A DNA stretch of 61,486 bases from Acidimicrobiales bacterium (GTDB lineage Bacteria; Actinomycetota; Acidimicrobiia; Acidimicrobiales; Bog-793): assembly GCA_036510575.1 (NCBI GenBank), contig DATCDR010000115.1, forward strand, positions 1-61,486, read 5' to 3'. Shown in pieces: positions 19,782-29,697 of this stretch. The translations under genes were made by a program, and so were the position numbers. The notes below the pieces were generated by a model. The model ran no database searches. It had not been told where the DNA came from and saw only the letters and a program-made list of their open reading frames with translations. Positions within the stretch are counted from its first letter, which is position 1, and the number at the start of each line of letters is the position of its first letter.

Positions 19782-20981
19782 ATGAGCAGCTCCTTTCACC
19801 TCAGTCGCCCGCGCGGCGGTTTGGTCCCCTGGATCCTGATCACCGTCGGGCTCGTTTTCTTGGCCGGCGCCGGGGTGTGGCAACTTCGGGAGTCGCTATG
19901 GATGTCTAACTACCACCGAGTAGGCAGCTCACTGACTCAGCAAGAGGAGAGTCGAATCGCAGCAGCTCGACTCGACGGCTCGGTAGCGGGAACAGCTGGC
20001 TCCTCGAATTCGGCACCGAGCGGATCAACCGCTACGCCGAGTCTCGATAGCGCTTCGAAAGGAAGTGGCTCGGCAGTCTCGTCCTGCGCGCAGCGTCCGA
20101 CAAGTGGACCACAAGGCCTGCTCAAGTTCCCAGAGCTCGGCGTCGTGGCTCCGATCGAACAGGGGTCCACCGACTCGGTTCTCGCCGTTGCCGTTGGCCA
20201 TGATCCATCCTCAGTCTGGCCGGGAACCAACGGCACCGCGGTCTTTCTCTCGCACGATGTGACCTACTTCGTCAACATTGGTCATCTCAAGCAAAACGAC
20301 ATCGTGAGTTACGTCTCCCCCTGCGCGAGCTACACCTACAAGGTGAGCACGAGCAAAGTCGTGCTCGCGGGCACGACGATCTACAACTCTCCAGGATCGA
20401 CGATCGATCTCGTTACTTGTTACCCGTCGAACGCACTCTTCTATACCAATCAACGCCTCGTCGTGTCACTCAGCTTGGTCAAGGCGAGCGTCACCAAGAC
20501 TTGGCACCCGCTGTCGATCTCGGACCACAACGTGCCGACGCTCGATGCCCGCCAGCCGACCGTCCCAGTACCGCCTCAGCTAGCCGCGCAAGGGCTCACG
20601 CTCGCTACCGACTACGCGCCGATGGGCACGCTTACAATTCTCGGTACCCCGGATTCACGATACGTACAGTCCCCCGCGGCGCTGCTTGCCCAGGATGCTG
20701 CGCTCGTGGCGTACTTCGGCGGTATCAAAACTCTTGCTGAGGGCCACCTGGATTGGTGGAAACAATTCGCTCCACATGTGTCACCTCCGAGCGCGTTGAT
20801 TGGCCACACCATCGGTGGATATACCAGCGCCGTGAATGTCTACATTGAAGCCAGCAACCTCTCCATCCGCGGCGTCATCATTCGAGATGACGTTCGGATC
20901 GGCGGCTCCTCTTATGCAATGCAAATCGGCATGGCGATCTCAAGCAAAAATGTCTTGACGATCACCTCATGGAAGGTCTAG
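19782..20981 (+). CDS. Sortase-family transpeptidase with N-terminal TM anchor and ~170-aa C-terminal extension of unknown fold
   Basis: LLKFPELGVVAPIEQGSTDSVLAVAVGHDPSSVWPGTNGTAVFLSHD...NDIVSY...YTYKVS...TIDLVTCYP...QRLVVS matches the sortase His, TLxTC Cys and Arg blocks. The start is uncertain (ORF track 19698; ATG 19782). Confidence 0.75.
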   Translation: MSSSFHLSRPRGGLVPWILITVGLVFLAGAGVWQLRESLWMSNYHRVGSSLTQQEESRIAAARLDGSVAGTAGSSNSAPSGSTATPSLDSASKGSGSAVSSCAQRPTSGPQGLLKFPELGVVAPIEQGSTDSVLAVAVGHDPSSVWPGTNGTAVFLSHDVTYFVNIGHLKQNDIVSYVSPCASYTYKVSTSKVVLAGTTIYNSPGSTIDLVTCYPSNALFYTNQRLVVSLSLVKASVTKTWHPLSISDHNVPTLDARQPTVPVPPQLAAQGLTLATDYAPMGTLTILGTPDSRYVQSPAALLAQDAALVAYFGGIKTLAEGHLDWWKQFAPHVSPPSALIGHTIGGYTSAVNVYIEASNLSIRGVIIRDDVRIGGSSYAMQIGMAISSKNVLTITSWKV

Positions 20982-21127
20982 TCCCGACTCACTCGCTTCG
21001 GCGCCAGGCAAGCCGACCTCGGCTCCAAGGTGCTCATGGTCCTGCACAAAACTCCGACCACCTGAGATCCAAACCTGCTTCAGCTGGCCTGGAAGCCCGA
21101 AAAAGGGCCAGCGGTATACTGCACTAA

Positions 21128-22060
21128 ATGGATACCGCTGAGCTGCTGGCGGCCGTTGAGCGGCGCATCGCAGAAACTACGCGCGACCGCGACCGGCTTG
21201 CCGAGGCGGTGGCTGCGCTCGACGACGAGACGCTGCAGTTAGCAAACGAGGCCGAGGTACTTGCTCGGGTTATTTCGAGATTTGCCGTCCAATCACCGTC
21301 GGAGGACGGCGGCGGCGGCGGTGAAGCAATGGCACCGAACAGTGAACCGCGAACATCGGCCATCGTCTGGCCAACAGGTCCGGGCTTTGACCAACCAATC
21401 AAGGCGAAAAAGCTCAAGGCCTGGGCGAAGTACAAGATGGAAGCCGCGGACTGGTATCTCGACACCCTCCTCGCGATGTCGCTACAACAGGGGCGAATCG
21501 ACCGAGTGCTCGGCGTCGAGATGGCTGTGGAAGGCGTTATCCACTCGCTATGTGCCGCGTTCGAAGTCATGATCTGCGCTCTGACGCAATCGATCGAAAA
21601 AGCTGCGGGAATCACGTCGGACCGTCGGACGCCACGCCACCTGGTCAGTTGGTCACAACTCGCCGCGGCCGCGAAGGTCTTCGACATCGACCTCGCGAGC
21701 ACGCTCAGCATCTCGTCTGCACTGCTCGGAGAGCACTCGGAGAACCCCGAGGGGCCCCTCGCGCAGCTTTTCGTCCTGCGACGTCATGCCGCCGTACAAG
21801 ATGTGCTGGTCGAGATGGCATCGACGGACGGCTCGGACGACGCCCTCGGCATCGAGATTCCGGGACGTGGTCCATTACCGCTTGTGGACTATCTATTCGA
21901 GGCGCGAAATCTCGTAGGAGAGCTTCTCGAGACGATCTTGCACGATATCGCTGACGCCAAAGCGGGCCGGCTCTACATTCCAGCGTCCAACGAACTACGC
22001 AAGCGTGCCGAGCAAGGCCTCGGCGTGATTCTGGCACCCGACGGATTGCTCGCCTCCTAG
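21128..22060 (+). CDS. Hypothetical protein: N-terminal coiled coil, Gly5 linker, helical C-terminal domain
   Basis: 310 aa with no recognised family. Contains an RRTPRH (Rx4H) stretch in a helical context; weak HEPN-like resemblance only. Confidence 0.5.
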   Translation: MDTAELLAAVERRIAETTRDRDRLAEAVAALDDETLQLANEAEVLARVISRFAVQSPSEDGGGGGEAMAPNSEPRTSAIVWPTGPGFDQPIKAKKLKAWAKYKMEAADWYLDTLLAMSLQQGRIDRVLGVEMAVEGVIHSLCAAFEVMICALTQSIEKAAGITSDRRTPRHLVSWSQLAAAAKVFDIDLASTLSISSALLGEHSENPEGPLAQLFVLRRHAAVQDVLVEMASTDGSDDALGIEIPGRGPLPLVDYLFEARNLVGELLETILHDIADAKAGRLYIPASNELRKRAEQGLGVILAPDGLLAS

Positions 22061-22136
22061 GCCCAACTCTGGTCCGAGAGGGCCAAGAGGCATCGCTTGA
22101 GCGCCGCCGCGCATTTTCACCCGGCTTGATCATGCC

Positions 22137-22176
22137 GTGTCGATCTACTCCGATCAGGTCGTGTCGATCTACTCCG
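22137..22176 (+). repeat. Direct repeat GTGTCGATCTACTCCG x2 with 24-nt periodicity
   Basis: Copies at 22137-22152 and 22161-22176, in the intergenic region upstream of the GAF-GGDEF gene. Confidence 0.7.
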
Positions 22177-22285
22177 GGACCCCGCCGCTTCAGCGGTCCC
22201 AAATCCCAGCAATCAGGGAAAAGTTCTCAAACCCCAGTCGAGACGTGTCGTTACAACTTCCGAACGGGAGTGAGAGACCGGAGTC

Positions 22286-23287
22286 TTGGCTTTGGAACTT
22301 GCAGAAGAGGGTGTGCCGTACATGCCAACAAATTCGATCAAGCGATCTGCCAGGCGAATCACGCCGGTACTGCCTCCCGACGAAGCTCGACGACTGGCGA
22401 CGCTGTACTTTCTCGACATTCTCGACAGCCCGCCGCAGGAGCAATTCGACCGGATCGCTCGAATGGCCCAGCGACTCTTCACCGTCCCGATGGCAGCGAT
22501 CAGCTTCGTCGACGCTGAAAGGGACTGGTTCAAGTCCTGCATCGGACTCAACCTTCTCGAACTACCTCGTGACCTTTCCTTCGCTAGTCACACCATCTTG
22601 AGTCGGGAGACCTTCATCGTCGAGGACGCGACAGTCGACCTTCGCTTCTTCGACAACCCGCTCGTAAGGGAGTCCCCCGAGATTCGCTTCTATGCCGGCA
22701 CCCCGATCAAGGCGTCCAATGGCGTCAACATCGGTGCACTCAGCATCATGGACTCGGTGCCTCGTACATTGACCGATTTCGAGCGCACCGCGCTTCGCGA
22801 TCTGGCCGCTGCCGTCGAGTACGACATCGGCGCTGGCGAGCTCAAGCTCGTCGACCCGCTGACCGGTCTCATGAACTCGCGCGGGCTGAGCTTGATCGCA
22901 AGTCACATCGTGCCGCGCGTCAGCCGGGATGGTCAGGCGATGAGCATGTTGTTCATCGATGTCAAGGGCCTTGCTGGCATCAACGAGCGATTTGGGCGAG
23001 CGTCCGGCGACGCGGCGCTCTTGATGATCGCGGCCGTACTTCGAGAGACGCTCCGAGGAGCGGACATTCCTGCTCGCATGCGCGGCGACGATTTCGCGGT
23101 CCTCCTTCCTGACACCGAAGAGACCGAGCTCTCCGTGGTGATCGAACGGATAGAAAACGAATTGAAAGAGCGCATGCAGCTTCGACCGGCGCTGTTTGGC
23201 GCCACCGTCCGGATCTCTCGGGCGACAATCGACCCTTCGGCCGAAGACTTCAGCCTCGAAGGACTCATCTCTCGCGGCGCTTCGTAG
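22286..23287 (+). CDS. GAF-domain protein with a degenerate GGDEF domain (RGDDF in place of GGDEF)
   Basis: GAF: FDRIARMAQRLFTVPMAAISFVDAERDWFKSCIGL...RFYAGTPI...G..IGALSIMD. GGDEF domain: DPLTGLMNSRG...LFIDVKGLAGINERFGRASGDAAL...ARMRGDDFAVLLPDT. An alternative ATG lies at 22322. Confidence 0.85.
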   Translation: MALELAEEGVPYMPTNSIKRSARRITPVLPPDEARRLATLYFLDILDSPPQEQFDRIARMAQRLFTVPMAAISFVDAERDWFKSCIGLNLLELPRDLSFASHTILSRETFIVEDATVDLRFFDNPLVRESPEIRFYAGTPIKASNGVNIGALSIMDSVPRTLTDFERTALRDLAAAVEYDIGAGELKLVDPLTGLMNSRGLSLIASHIVPRVSRDGQAMSMLFIDVKGLAGINERFGRASGDAALLMIAAVLRETLRGADIPARMRGDDFAVLLPDTEETELSVVIERIENELKERMQLRPALFGATVRISRATIDPSAEDFSLEGLISRGAS

Positions 23288-23344
23288 AACGCGGGTACGG
23301 CGACACCGGTTGCGTTTCGAATCCTGTGCGAGGAGTCGCGGCTC

Positions 23345-24277
23345 GTGGGATCCGGCCCCTGGCGTCCCGCAACCGTCGATGGCAGCAACCGCCGATCTAT
23401 GACCTCGTTTGGAACGGCGTGGCCGCTGAACATCGCAATTTCTGAAGCACCAATCATCGACTCGCGCCAGAGCGTCGACCATGATGGAGGTGTGAAGGTC
23501 CTGATCGCGCTTATTTTTGCAGTGTATGGGCTCGTGATCGGGTCGTTCCTCAACGTGGTCATCGACAGGGTCCCTAAGCGGGAATCAGTAGTCCGGCCTC
23601 GCTCGCGATGTCCTCAATGCGATGCCGCGATCTCGTCTCGCGACAACATCCCGCTGCTTTCCTGGCTTCTTCTGCACGGTCGCTGTCGCTCGTGTGGGCT
23701 ACCTATCTCAGTGCACTATCCGTTAGTCGAAGCCGGAACCGCGATCGTATTCGGCGTCACCGCGGCCCACTTCGGCGCCGGATGGAATCTCGCGATCTAC
23801 CTCGTGCTCTTCGTGGGTCTCATTCCGCTCGCAGTGATCGACGGCTACCAACGACTGCTGCCGATCCGTGTGCTGTACCCGGTACTTGCGACCACGATCG
23901 CGCTACTCCTCGCCGACACCCTTGATCACCACGATTGGCGACGGTTACTCGTCGCTGCCGCCTGTGGCGCGGTGTGGTTCGGGGCGTACTTTGTGCTCAA
24001 TCTTCTTCGTCCCGACGCGCTCGGATTCGGAGACGTCCGGCTCGTCGGACTGTTGGGACTGTCTGTCGGCTGGCTAGGCGTATCCGTCGTCTTCATCGCC
24101 TTCTTCGCTTCCAACCTTCTCGGAATCGTCTGCGCGCTCGTGATGTTGGCGCTGCAAAAAGCACATCGGGACACGCCGATCCCCTACGGCGTATTCCTCG
24201 CGCTCGGCGCCGGCGTTGCGGTTCTGGTCGGCCCTTCCATCGTCAGCCACATCCCGATTCTCCAGGGCCACCGATGA
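23345..24277 (+). CDS. pilD: Prepilin peptidase (A24 family, PilD-like)
   Basis: GSFLNVVIDRVP, the zinc-binding pairs CPQC...CRSC, GFGDVRLVGLLGL, IPYGVFLALGA. The start is uncertain (GTG 23345; alternatives ATG 23399 or GTG 23492). Confidence 0.9.
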   Translation: MGSGPWRPATVDGSNRRSMTSFGTAWPLNIAISEAPIIDSRQSVDHDGGVKVLIALIFAVYGLVIGSFLNVVIDRVPKRESVVRPRSRCPQCDAAISSRDNIPLLSWLLLHGRCRSCGLPISVHYPLVEAGTAIVFGVTAAHFGAGWNLAIYLVLFVGLIPLAVIDGYQRLLPIRVLYPVLATTIALLLADTLDHHDWRRLLVAAACGAVWFGAYFVLNLLRPDALGFGDVRLVGLLGLSVGWLGVSVVFIAFFASNLLGIVCALVMLALQKAHRDTPIPYGVFLALGAGVAVLVGPSIVSHIPILQGHR

Positions 24278-27200
24278 GATCTCGATCGCGTACCGCGCTG
24301 CCGAGGTGGCTCTTTTACTTCGCTATCGCTGCCTCGTGGCTGCTCGGTGCGGAGATCGTCGTCCTTACTGTTGCGCGCCGATCTCTCCCAGGCCGACTTC
24401 CGACCTTCGCAGGGTGGCTGTTCGTCGCAGCAGTAGCGATGTCTGTTGCCGCAATCGCACGACTGGAGATGTCCGGGAAACACCGCACACGCACGCTGCT
24501 CGAACAGCTCGAGGAGGCTCTCAGTTCGATCACGGCACTCACGGAGACGTCACTGAACTCACTGGAGCTGTCCGAGCTGCTCGAACGCATCCTCGAACGC
24601 CTCGTAACCGTGCTCCACAGTGAAGTCGCGATCATCTTCATACTCTCGGATTCACGACGCGAGCTGCAAGCGATTGCTGCCCGCGGCATGGACGCGACGG
24701 ACCTCACGATTGACCTCTCAATCGATGAGGGACTGCTCGACGATGTGTTCGTGACGGCCGCATCTGCAGCCACCACCGATGAACGCGCCCTGAGACTGCT
24801 TCGCGAACGCACCGGGCTCCCACTGCTTAGCGCCGCGGCGTGCCCGATTCTCATCGAGGGCCGTCTGATCGGTGTGTGCGCGACCGCCACGACGCTTCCG
24901 AAGCGCTTCGACGAACGAGAGCTGCATCTCATGCAACTCGTCGCCGACCGTTCAGGGCTCGGCATAGAACGAAAGCGACTCGACGAAGCCGAGCGGAGCG
25001 CACGCCTCGATGTGCAACGAAGTCAGCGATACGCGATCGTGCTGGCGTCTGCGAGCGCCGCCCTCTCGACTGCTCGCGACAATTTTCAACCGAATCTCTC
25101 GACGCTGGTCGACATTGTCGTGCCAGCCTTTAGCGACTGGTGCGCAATCGACCTACGCGACGACACTGGCAACCTCCGCCGCCTCGCGGTTCGTCACGCG
25201 ACGGACCGCAGCAGCGCCGCAAGCGACGAGCTCAGACTGCGCGTACCGATGATCGACGCCATGACGACGCGAGCGGTAGAAACGGGCGCCATCCAACTTT
25301 CGGCGTCGTTCACGACACCTACGTCAATGCAGCGAGATCTCCCACCGATGCGACCGGTAATCGACCCAACTCCGTGGATCACGGTACCAATGACGATCGG
25401 CTCGGGATCGATCGGAGCGATCACGTTCGCCTTCGACGGCGGGGAACCGGCGACGAACAACGACATGGTCATCACCGCGCAGGACCTCGCACGACGCTCA
25501 GCTATTTCTATCGAGCGAGTGCTCTTCTACCGCGAGGCACAAGAGGTCGCCGAGCACTCCACCCGGGTCGCCCACCAACTCCAGGCACTTCTCGACGCTT
25601 CACTACAGCTCTCCCGACTAACCGACGACGGCGCAGTGATCGCCGCCATCGCCGAGTGCGCGCTCGCCATCTGCGACGCCAACGGCGCGCTCGTCGTCGT
25701 CACGCCAATCGGCCAGCCGCAGCTACGGGCTCTTGCACAACGCGATGAGTCGGTCCGCGTCGGCGACGGCGAGCTCACCCCGTCTACTGTCGAGCTTCCT
25801 GCCGACCTCCACATGCTCTCGGGCCCGACACGCCTCGGCGCAATGCTCGCGACGCCGATCATCGGGGTCACCGGCGAGCACCTCGGTACGCTTTCGATCT
25901 GGCACGACGACGCCAAGGAGTTCTCGAAGGAGGACGAAACGGTCCTCACGCTGCTCGCCCAGACGAGCTCGACCACACTCGCGAGCGTCGAGCTCTACCG
26001 AACGATTCAAGCAAGCGAGGCGCGGTGGCGCACGCTGATCGAGACGGCACCAATCGGCGTGATGGAGGTCGACCCACACGGGAGCGTGCGCTGGGCGAAT
26101 CGCTCGGCACAGGAGATCTTCGCCAGAAGCAGCTTGCTTATCGGCCGGGACATGAGCAGCGCGACCGGCCAACGAAGCGGCGTCACCCAGCTCGAGAATC
26201 TCTGGCTTCGAGCCTCGACCGGGGCCGAAGTCCGCGACCGCGAGCTCATCGGTGTCCGAATCGGCGATGTGACACGCGACCTCCTCGTATCGGTAGTGCC
26301 ACTGTTCTCCTCGGAGAACCAGGTCCAGGGCATCTTGACCCTGGTTGCTGACATCAGCGATCGGCGAAGGCTCGAGGGTGAGCTCCAGCAGGCCCAGCGG
26401 ATGGAAGCGCTCGGACAGCTGGCCGGCAACGTCGCGCACGACTTCAACAATCTCTTGACACTGATATCTGGCTACACCGAGTTGATGCGTGCCCACGTCG
26501 GCAGCGACGTGCGGCTCATCGACCTGGTCGGCAATATTCAAGGCGTCACCGATCGGGCGGCGCTGCTCACCGGTCGACTGCTCACGATCAGTCGCCACCA
26601 GAGCTCTCATCCGCGAACGCTCAGTCCTGCGACCGCGCTCCGATCGATGCGGGAGGTGCTCGGAAAAATTCTCGGCAGTGGGATCCAAATCGCCTACGAG
26701 TTCACCGACGAGGACGGCCACGTATCGATAGATCCGGGCTACTTCGACCAGATCATCTTGAATCTCGCCGTCAACGCGCGAGACGCGATGCCAAATGGAG
26801 GGACCTTCAGCATTCTGTTGGACAAGGAGCGAATCGGCCCAACCGATACTGCACGGCTTGGGGTACGGCGCGGCGAAAGTATCGAGCTCGTGATCAGCGA
26901 TACCGGGACCGGCATGGACGCCGAGACACTGGCCCGCTGTTTCGAACCGTTCTTCACCACCAAGGAGGCATCAAAAGGCACCGGACTCGGCCTGGCGGCA
27001 GTTCGCGGTGTCGTCGTTGAGTCGGGTGGGACAATCCAGGTGCGAAGCGTGCCGGGCATCGGCACGTCATTCACCATTCACCTCCCATCCGTCGGCGCAC
27101 CGATCGAGGAGCTTCCAGTCGCGCGAAAAGACGACAAGAAGATCAGTCACTCACACTTTTCGATCCTCATCGCTGAGGATGACGACACGCTTCGATCCAT

Positions 27201-27546
27201 GATCGAAAAGGTGCTGACGCTCGCCGGCTACCAGGTAGTGGGTGCTCCAGCGGGAGATCTCGCCTTCGAGCTCGCCAAGTCACACGCCGGCACGATCGAC
27301 TTGTTGATCACCGACGTCACGATGCCGGGTATGACCGGTCCCGAGCTGGCCAAAGCGGTGACGAAACAGTCCCCAGATACCGCTGTGCTCTTCATCTCGA
27401 CCGATCCGGCGGGCGTATCAATGGTGGACCTGAACGGGCGCGAGACCTCGTTCATGGCAAAGCCGTTTCGGCCAAGTGAGCTCGTCGATCGAGTCGAGTC
27501 CATACTCGGCGTGCCCGACCCAGTGGTCGCGTCGAAGACGGAGTGA
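24274..27546 (+). CDS. Hybrid sensor histidine kinase: 2 TM, 3 GAF-like, PAS, HisKA, HATPase_c, receiver
   Basis: H-box LAGNVAHDFNNLLTLISGY; N-box NLAVNARDAMPNGG; DTGTGMD; GTGLGLA. C-terminal REC: ILIAEDDD...DLLITDVTMPGMTG. ATG 24274 overlaps the pilD stop (ATGA); the ORF-track start at 23935 is an out-of-gene extension. Confidence 0.9.
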   Translation: MRSRSRTALPRWLFYFAIAASWLLGAEIVVLTVARRSLPGRLPTFAGWLFVAAVAMSVAAIARLEMSGKHRTRTLLEQLEEALSSITALTETSLNSLELSELLERILERLVTVLHSEVAIIFILSDSRRELQAIAARGMDATDLTIDLSIDEGLLDDVFVTAASAATTDERALRLLRERTGLPLLSAAACPILIEGRLIGVCATATTLPKRFDERELHLMQLVADRSGLGIERKRLDEAERSARLDVQRSQRYAIVLASASAALSTARDNFQPNLSTLVDIVVPAFSDWCAIDLRDDTGNLRRLAVRHATDRSSAASDELRLRVPMIDAMTTRAVETGAIQLSASFTTPTSMQRDLPPMRPVIDPTPWITVPMTIGSGSIGAITFAFDGGEPATNNDMVITAQDLARRSAISIERVLFYREAQEVAEHSTRVAHQLQALLDASLQLSRLTDDGAVIAAIAECALAICDANGALVVVTPIGQPQLRALAQRDESVRVGDGELTPSTVELPADLHMLSGPTRLGAMLATPIIGVTGEHLGTLSIWHDDAKEFSKEDETVLTLLAQTSSTTLASVELYRTIQASEARWRTLIETAPIGVMEVDPHGSVRWANRSAQEIFARSSLLIGRDMSSATGQRSGVTQLENLWLRASTGAEVRDRELIGVRIGDVTRDLLVSVVPLFSSENQVQGILTLVADISDRRRLEGELQQAQRMEALGQLAGNVAHDFNNLLTLISGYTELMRAHVGSDVRLIDLVGNIQGVTDRAALLTGRLLTISRHQSSHPRTLSPATALRSMREVLGKILGSGIQIAYEFTDEDGHVSIDPGYFDQIILNLAVNARDAMPNGGTFSILLDKERIGPTDTARLGVRRGESIELVISDTGTGMDAETLARCFEPFFTTKEASKGTGLGLAAVRGVVVESGGTIQVRSVPGIGTSFTIHLPSVGAPIEELPVARKDDKKISHSHFSILIAEDDDTLRSMIEKVLTLAGYQVVGAPAGDLAFELAKSHAGTIDLLITDVTMPGMTGPELAKAVTKQSPDTAVLFISTDPAGVSMVDLNGRETSFMAKPFRPSELVDRVESILGVPDPVVASKTE

Positions 27547-27576
27547 ACTGAGCGATGCTCGGTTCGGCTCGTCTGG

Positions 27577-27930
27577 TTAGTCGTCGGGGTTGAATCCCTT
27601 GTTGGAGAGACGCTCACGAGCAACTTTCAGCTCATCCTCGGAGTAGAGCTCCCGGAACTCCGGTCGAAGCACGATTGCCTCGACACTGATCTCGAGACGG
27701 CCCATCTCCCAAAGCCGCGTGAAGCTCCCGCTGGCGAACTTGCTCTTCAAGTGACGGTGAGTCATTGCGACCGCGCCATACTCGTCGAGACCTTCCCGGT
27801 CTCCAAAGCCCATGTGACCGAGCGTCTCATACGTTTCGTTTACCGTTCGGCGAAGGCGTCGTAGCAGCTCAGCGTCGCTCGGCTCGCTCGGCGTAGGACT
27901 CACAACTTCACTCATCGGCGTGCTACCCAT
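27577..27930 (-). CDS. Hypothetical protein (117 aa)
   Basis: Coding-like composition (…LGHMGFGDREGLDEYGAVAMTHRHLKSKF…LWEMGRLEISVEAIVLRPEFRELYSEDELKVARERL). No family recognised. Confidence 0.5.
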   Translation of the reverse strand: MGSTPMSEVVSPTPSEPSDAELLRRLRRTVNETYETLGHMGFGDREGLDEYGAVAMTHRHLKSKFASGSFTRLWEMGRLEISVEAIVLRPEFRELYSEDELKVARERLSNKGFNPDD

Positions 27931-28057
27931 CTCCGCTTATCGTGAGGTCCGAGGACCGGTTGTCCGACTTGGATCCTATTCCTCTCGATCGAACGCGACG
28001 CGGCACAGCCCATCGCTTACGGACCACTCCGCCACACCCGCAAGCCGGCGCGTGGTG

Positions 28058-28795
28058 TTACTGACCCGTCACGCGCCGATCCACCTGCCCACTCCATTCC
28101 GACGCTTGAATCGGTTCGAAGCGATACCCAACGCCCCGAACCGTGCTGATGCGCTTCGGATTGTCCGGATCTTCCTCGATCTTTCTGCGGACTCGTCGGA
28201 TGTGCTCGGTGACGGTTGCCTCGTCTTGCCACTCCCCCGAGGATCCCCAAACCGACTCAAGCAGCTGTTGGCGGCTAAAGACTCGGCGAGGCGAGGCGGC
28301 CAGGAACACAAGAAGGTCGAACTCCTTGGCGGTGAACGCAATCTGCGTGCCGTGCAACGTCACCTCGCGCGAGCTCACGTCGATTGCGAAGTCCCCGAGA
28401 TCCATGATTGAGCTGGAAGGGGTCGCAGCTACGTGACGCTTCGTTCGTCGAAGAACCGAGGCGACACGTGCGGTGAGTTCGCCCGGCGAGAACGGCTTGA
28501 CGATGTAGTCGTCGGCCCCCATCTTCAGACCCGAAACCCGGTCGATCTCGCTGCCGCGTCCAGTCAAGAACACGACTGGTACATCACAGACGAGGCGCAT
28601 CTCCTTCAGCAGATCTCGACCGTCCTCGGTGTCGAGCACCACGTCGAGCAGCACGAGGTCCGGCTCCTCACGAACTACCGCGGCCAGCGCGTCCGGAGCG
28701 GTGGACACGGCCTCGACCTGATACTCGTCGGCCTCGAGGAGCCGGCGCAACATGTCACGGATCTCAGCGTCGTCGTCGACGACCAGTATTCGCAC
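28058..28795 (-). CDS. OmpR/PhoB-family response regulator (REC + winged helix)
   Basis: MRILVVDDDAEIRDML...DLVLLDVVL..., FLTGRG..., KPFSPGEL, then the Trans_reg_C signature (LT.KEFDLL.FLA..P..VFSR.QLL..VWG...RTVTEHIRRVRRKIE...I.TVRGVGYRF). Confidence 0.92.
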   Translation of the reverse strand: MRILVVDDDAEIRDMLRRLLEADEYQVEAVSTAPDALAAVVREEPDLVLLDVVLDTEDGRDLLKEMRLVCDVPVVFLTGRGSEIDRVSGLKMGADDYIVKPFSPGELTARVASVLRRTKRHVAATPSSSIMDLGDFAIDVSSREVTLHGTQIAFTAKEFDLLVFLAASPRRVFSRQQLLESVWGSSGEWQDEATVTEHIRRVRRKIEEDPDNPKRISTVRGVGYRFEPIQASEWSGQVDRRVTGQ

Positions 28796-28970
28796 GATGT
28801 CGCCCTCAGCCTCGGCCAGAAGCGGGCCGACACAACTCGCTGCGCCACATGCATGGTGTCATCGCGCGGTCCATATCGATTTCACAGAAGTTCAGCTCTC
28901 CTTTGAAGCTCACCGAGCTAGTTCGGCGCGATCGCGCTTTCATTTTCACTCTCCAGCCGGACCCGCAGGC

Positions 28971-29675
28971 CTAGTAGATGATCTCCATACGAAGGCCTTC
29001 AGAGTCCCATTCGGGGTTCTCCGGGATCCTGTGACCGATCTTGGCGAAGATTCGCCGCGCGCTCCACATACAGGCAGCGACATCGATGAGTCGAGACTCC
29101 TTCACCCTCGGCAGATCGGCGCAGAGAATACGTTCGGCCTGATCGAGACGCCCCACAAGCAACGCCTTTCGTTCGTCTCGTCCGTACTCACTTCGCTTGG
29201 AATACAAGAGAGGCTTGTCGTGGTTCAGCTCATAGAACGCGAGCTCTGGCTCGACTGAGTAGACCGTTCGTTGCCGGTACGGAGCGATCTCGTCGCATAT
29301 CTCGCGGTAGTGATGGAGAAGGATTCCGGTAACCGCGTCGACTCCGGAGTCGACGTCACCACGGAGCAGTTCCCGAGATGGAGCGGAACGTATCGACGCG
29401 CCTCGACGTGGCCCGAGCATCTCTCGAGCCAACTGGTCGCACTCGCGACCTTTCGGTGTCGCTTCGTCGAGAAAACCGATCGGTGCGTGTACCCCGATGA
29501 CAGCGAAGGCCGGTTTGTAGTCGAGAATCTCTGCAAAGCTCTCGAAAACCATCGGCTCTTCGATACTCATCGTGACGCCGGCGATCTTGCAGCTCGCGGT
29601 CAACCACCCGGAGTTGCACGGCACTGCGCCCGCGATTATTTGATACGGGAGTTCTGGCCCGCCTCGATGCAACAT
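28971..29675 (-). CDS. DUF429-like (RNase H-fold) hypothetical protein
   Basis: 234 aa: IIAGAVPCNSGWLTA...AVIGVHAPIGF...RECD.LAR..LG.RR.S. The family assignment is from memory of the DUF429 pattern. Confidence 0.4.
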   Translation of the reverse strand: MLHRGGPELPYQIIAGAVPCNSGWLTASCKIAGVTMSIEEPMVFESFAEILDYKPAFAVIGVHAPIGFLDEATPKGRECDQLAREMLGPRRGASIRSAPSRELLRGDVDSGVDAVTGILLHHYREICDEIAPYRQRTVYSVEPELAFYELNHDKPLLYSKRSEYGRDERKALLVGRLDQAERILCADLPRVKESRLIDVAACMWSARRIFAKIGHRIPENPEWDSEGLRMEIIY

Positions 29676-29697
29676 AAAGACTGTCTCCTTTTGGCGC

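Noticed and set aside
23935-24273. N-terminal 113-aa extension of the histidine-kinase ORF overlapping pilD
   Set aside because: The extension is Arg-rich and overlaps the well-supported pilD frame. ATG 24274 (ATGA overlap with the pilD stop) begins the TM segments, so the extension is not coding.
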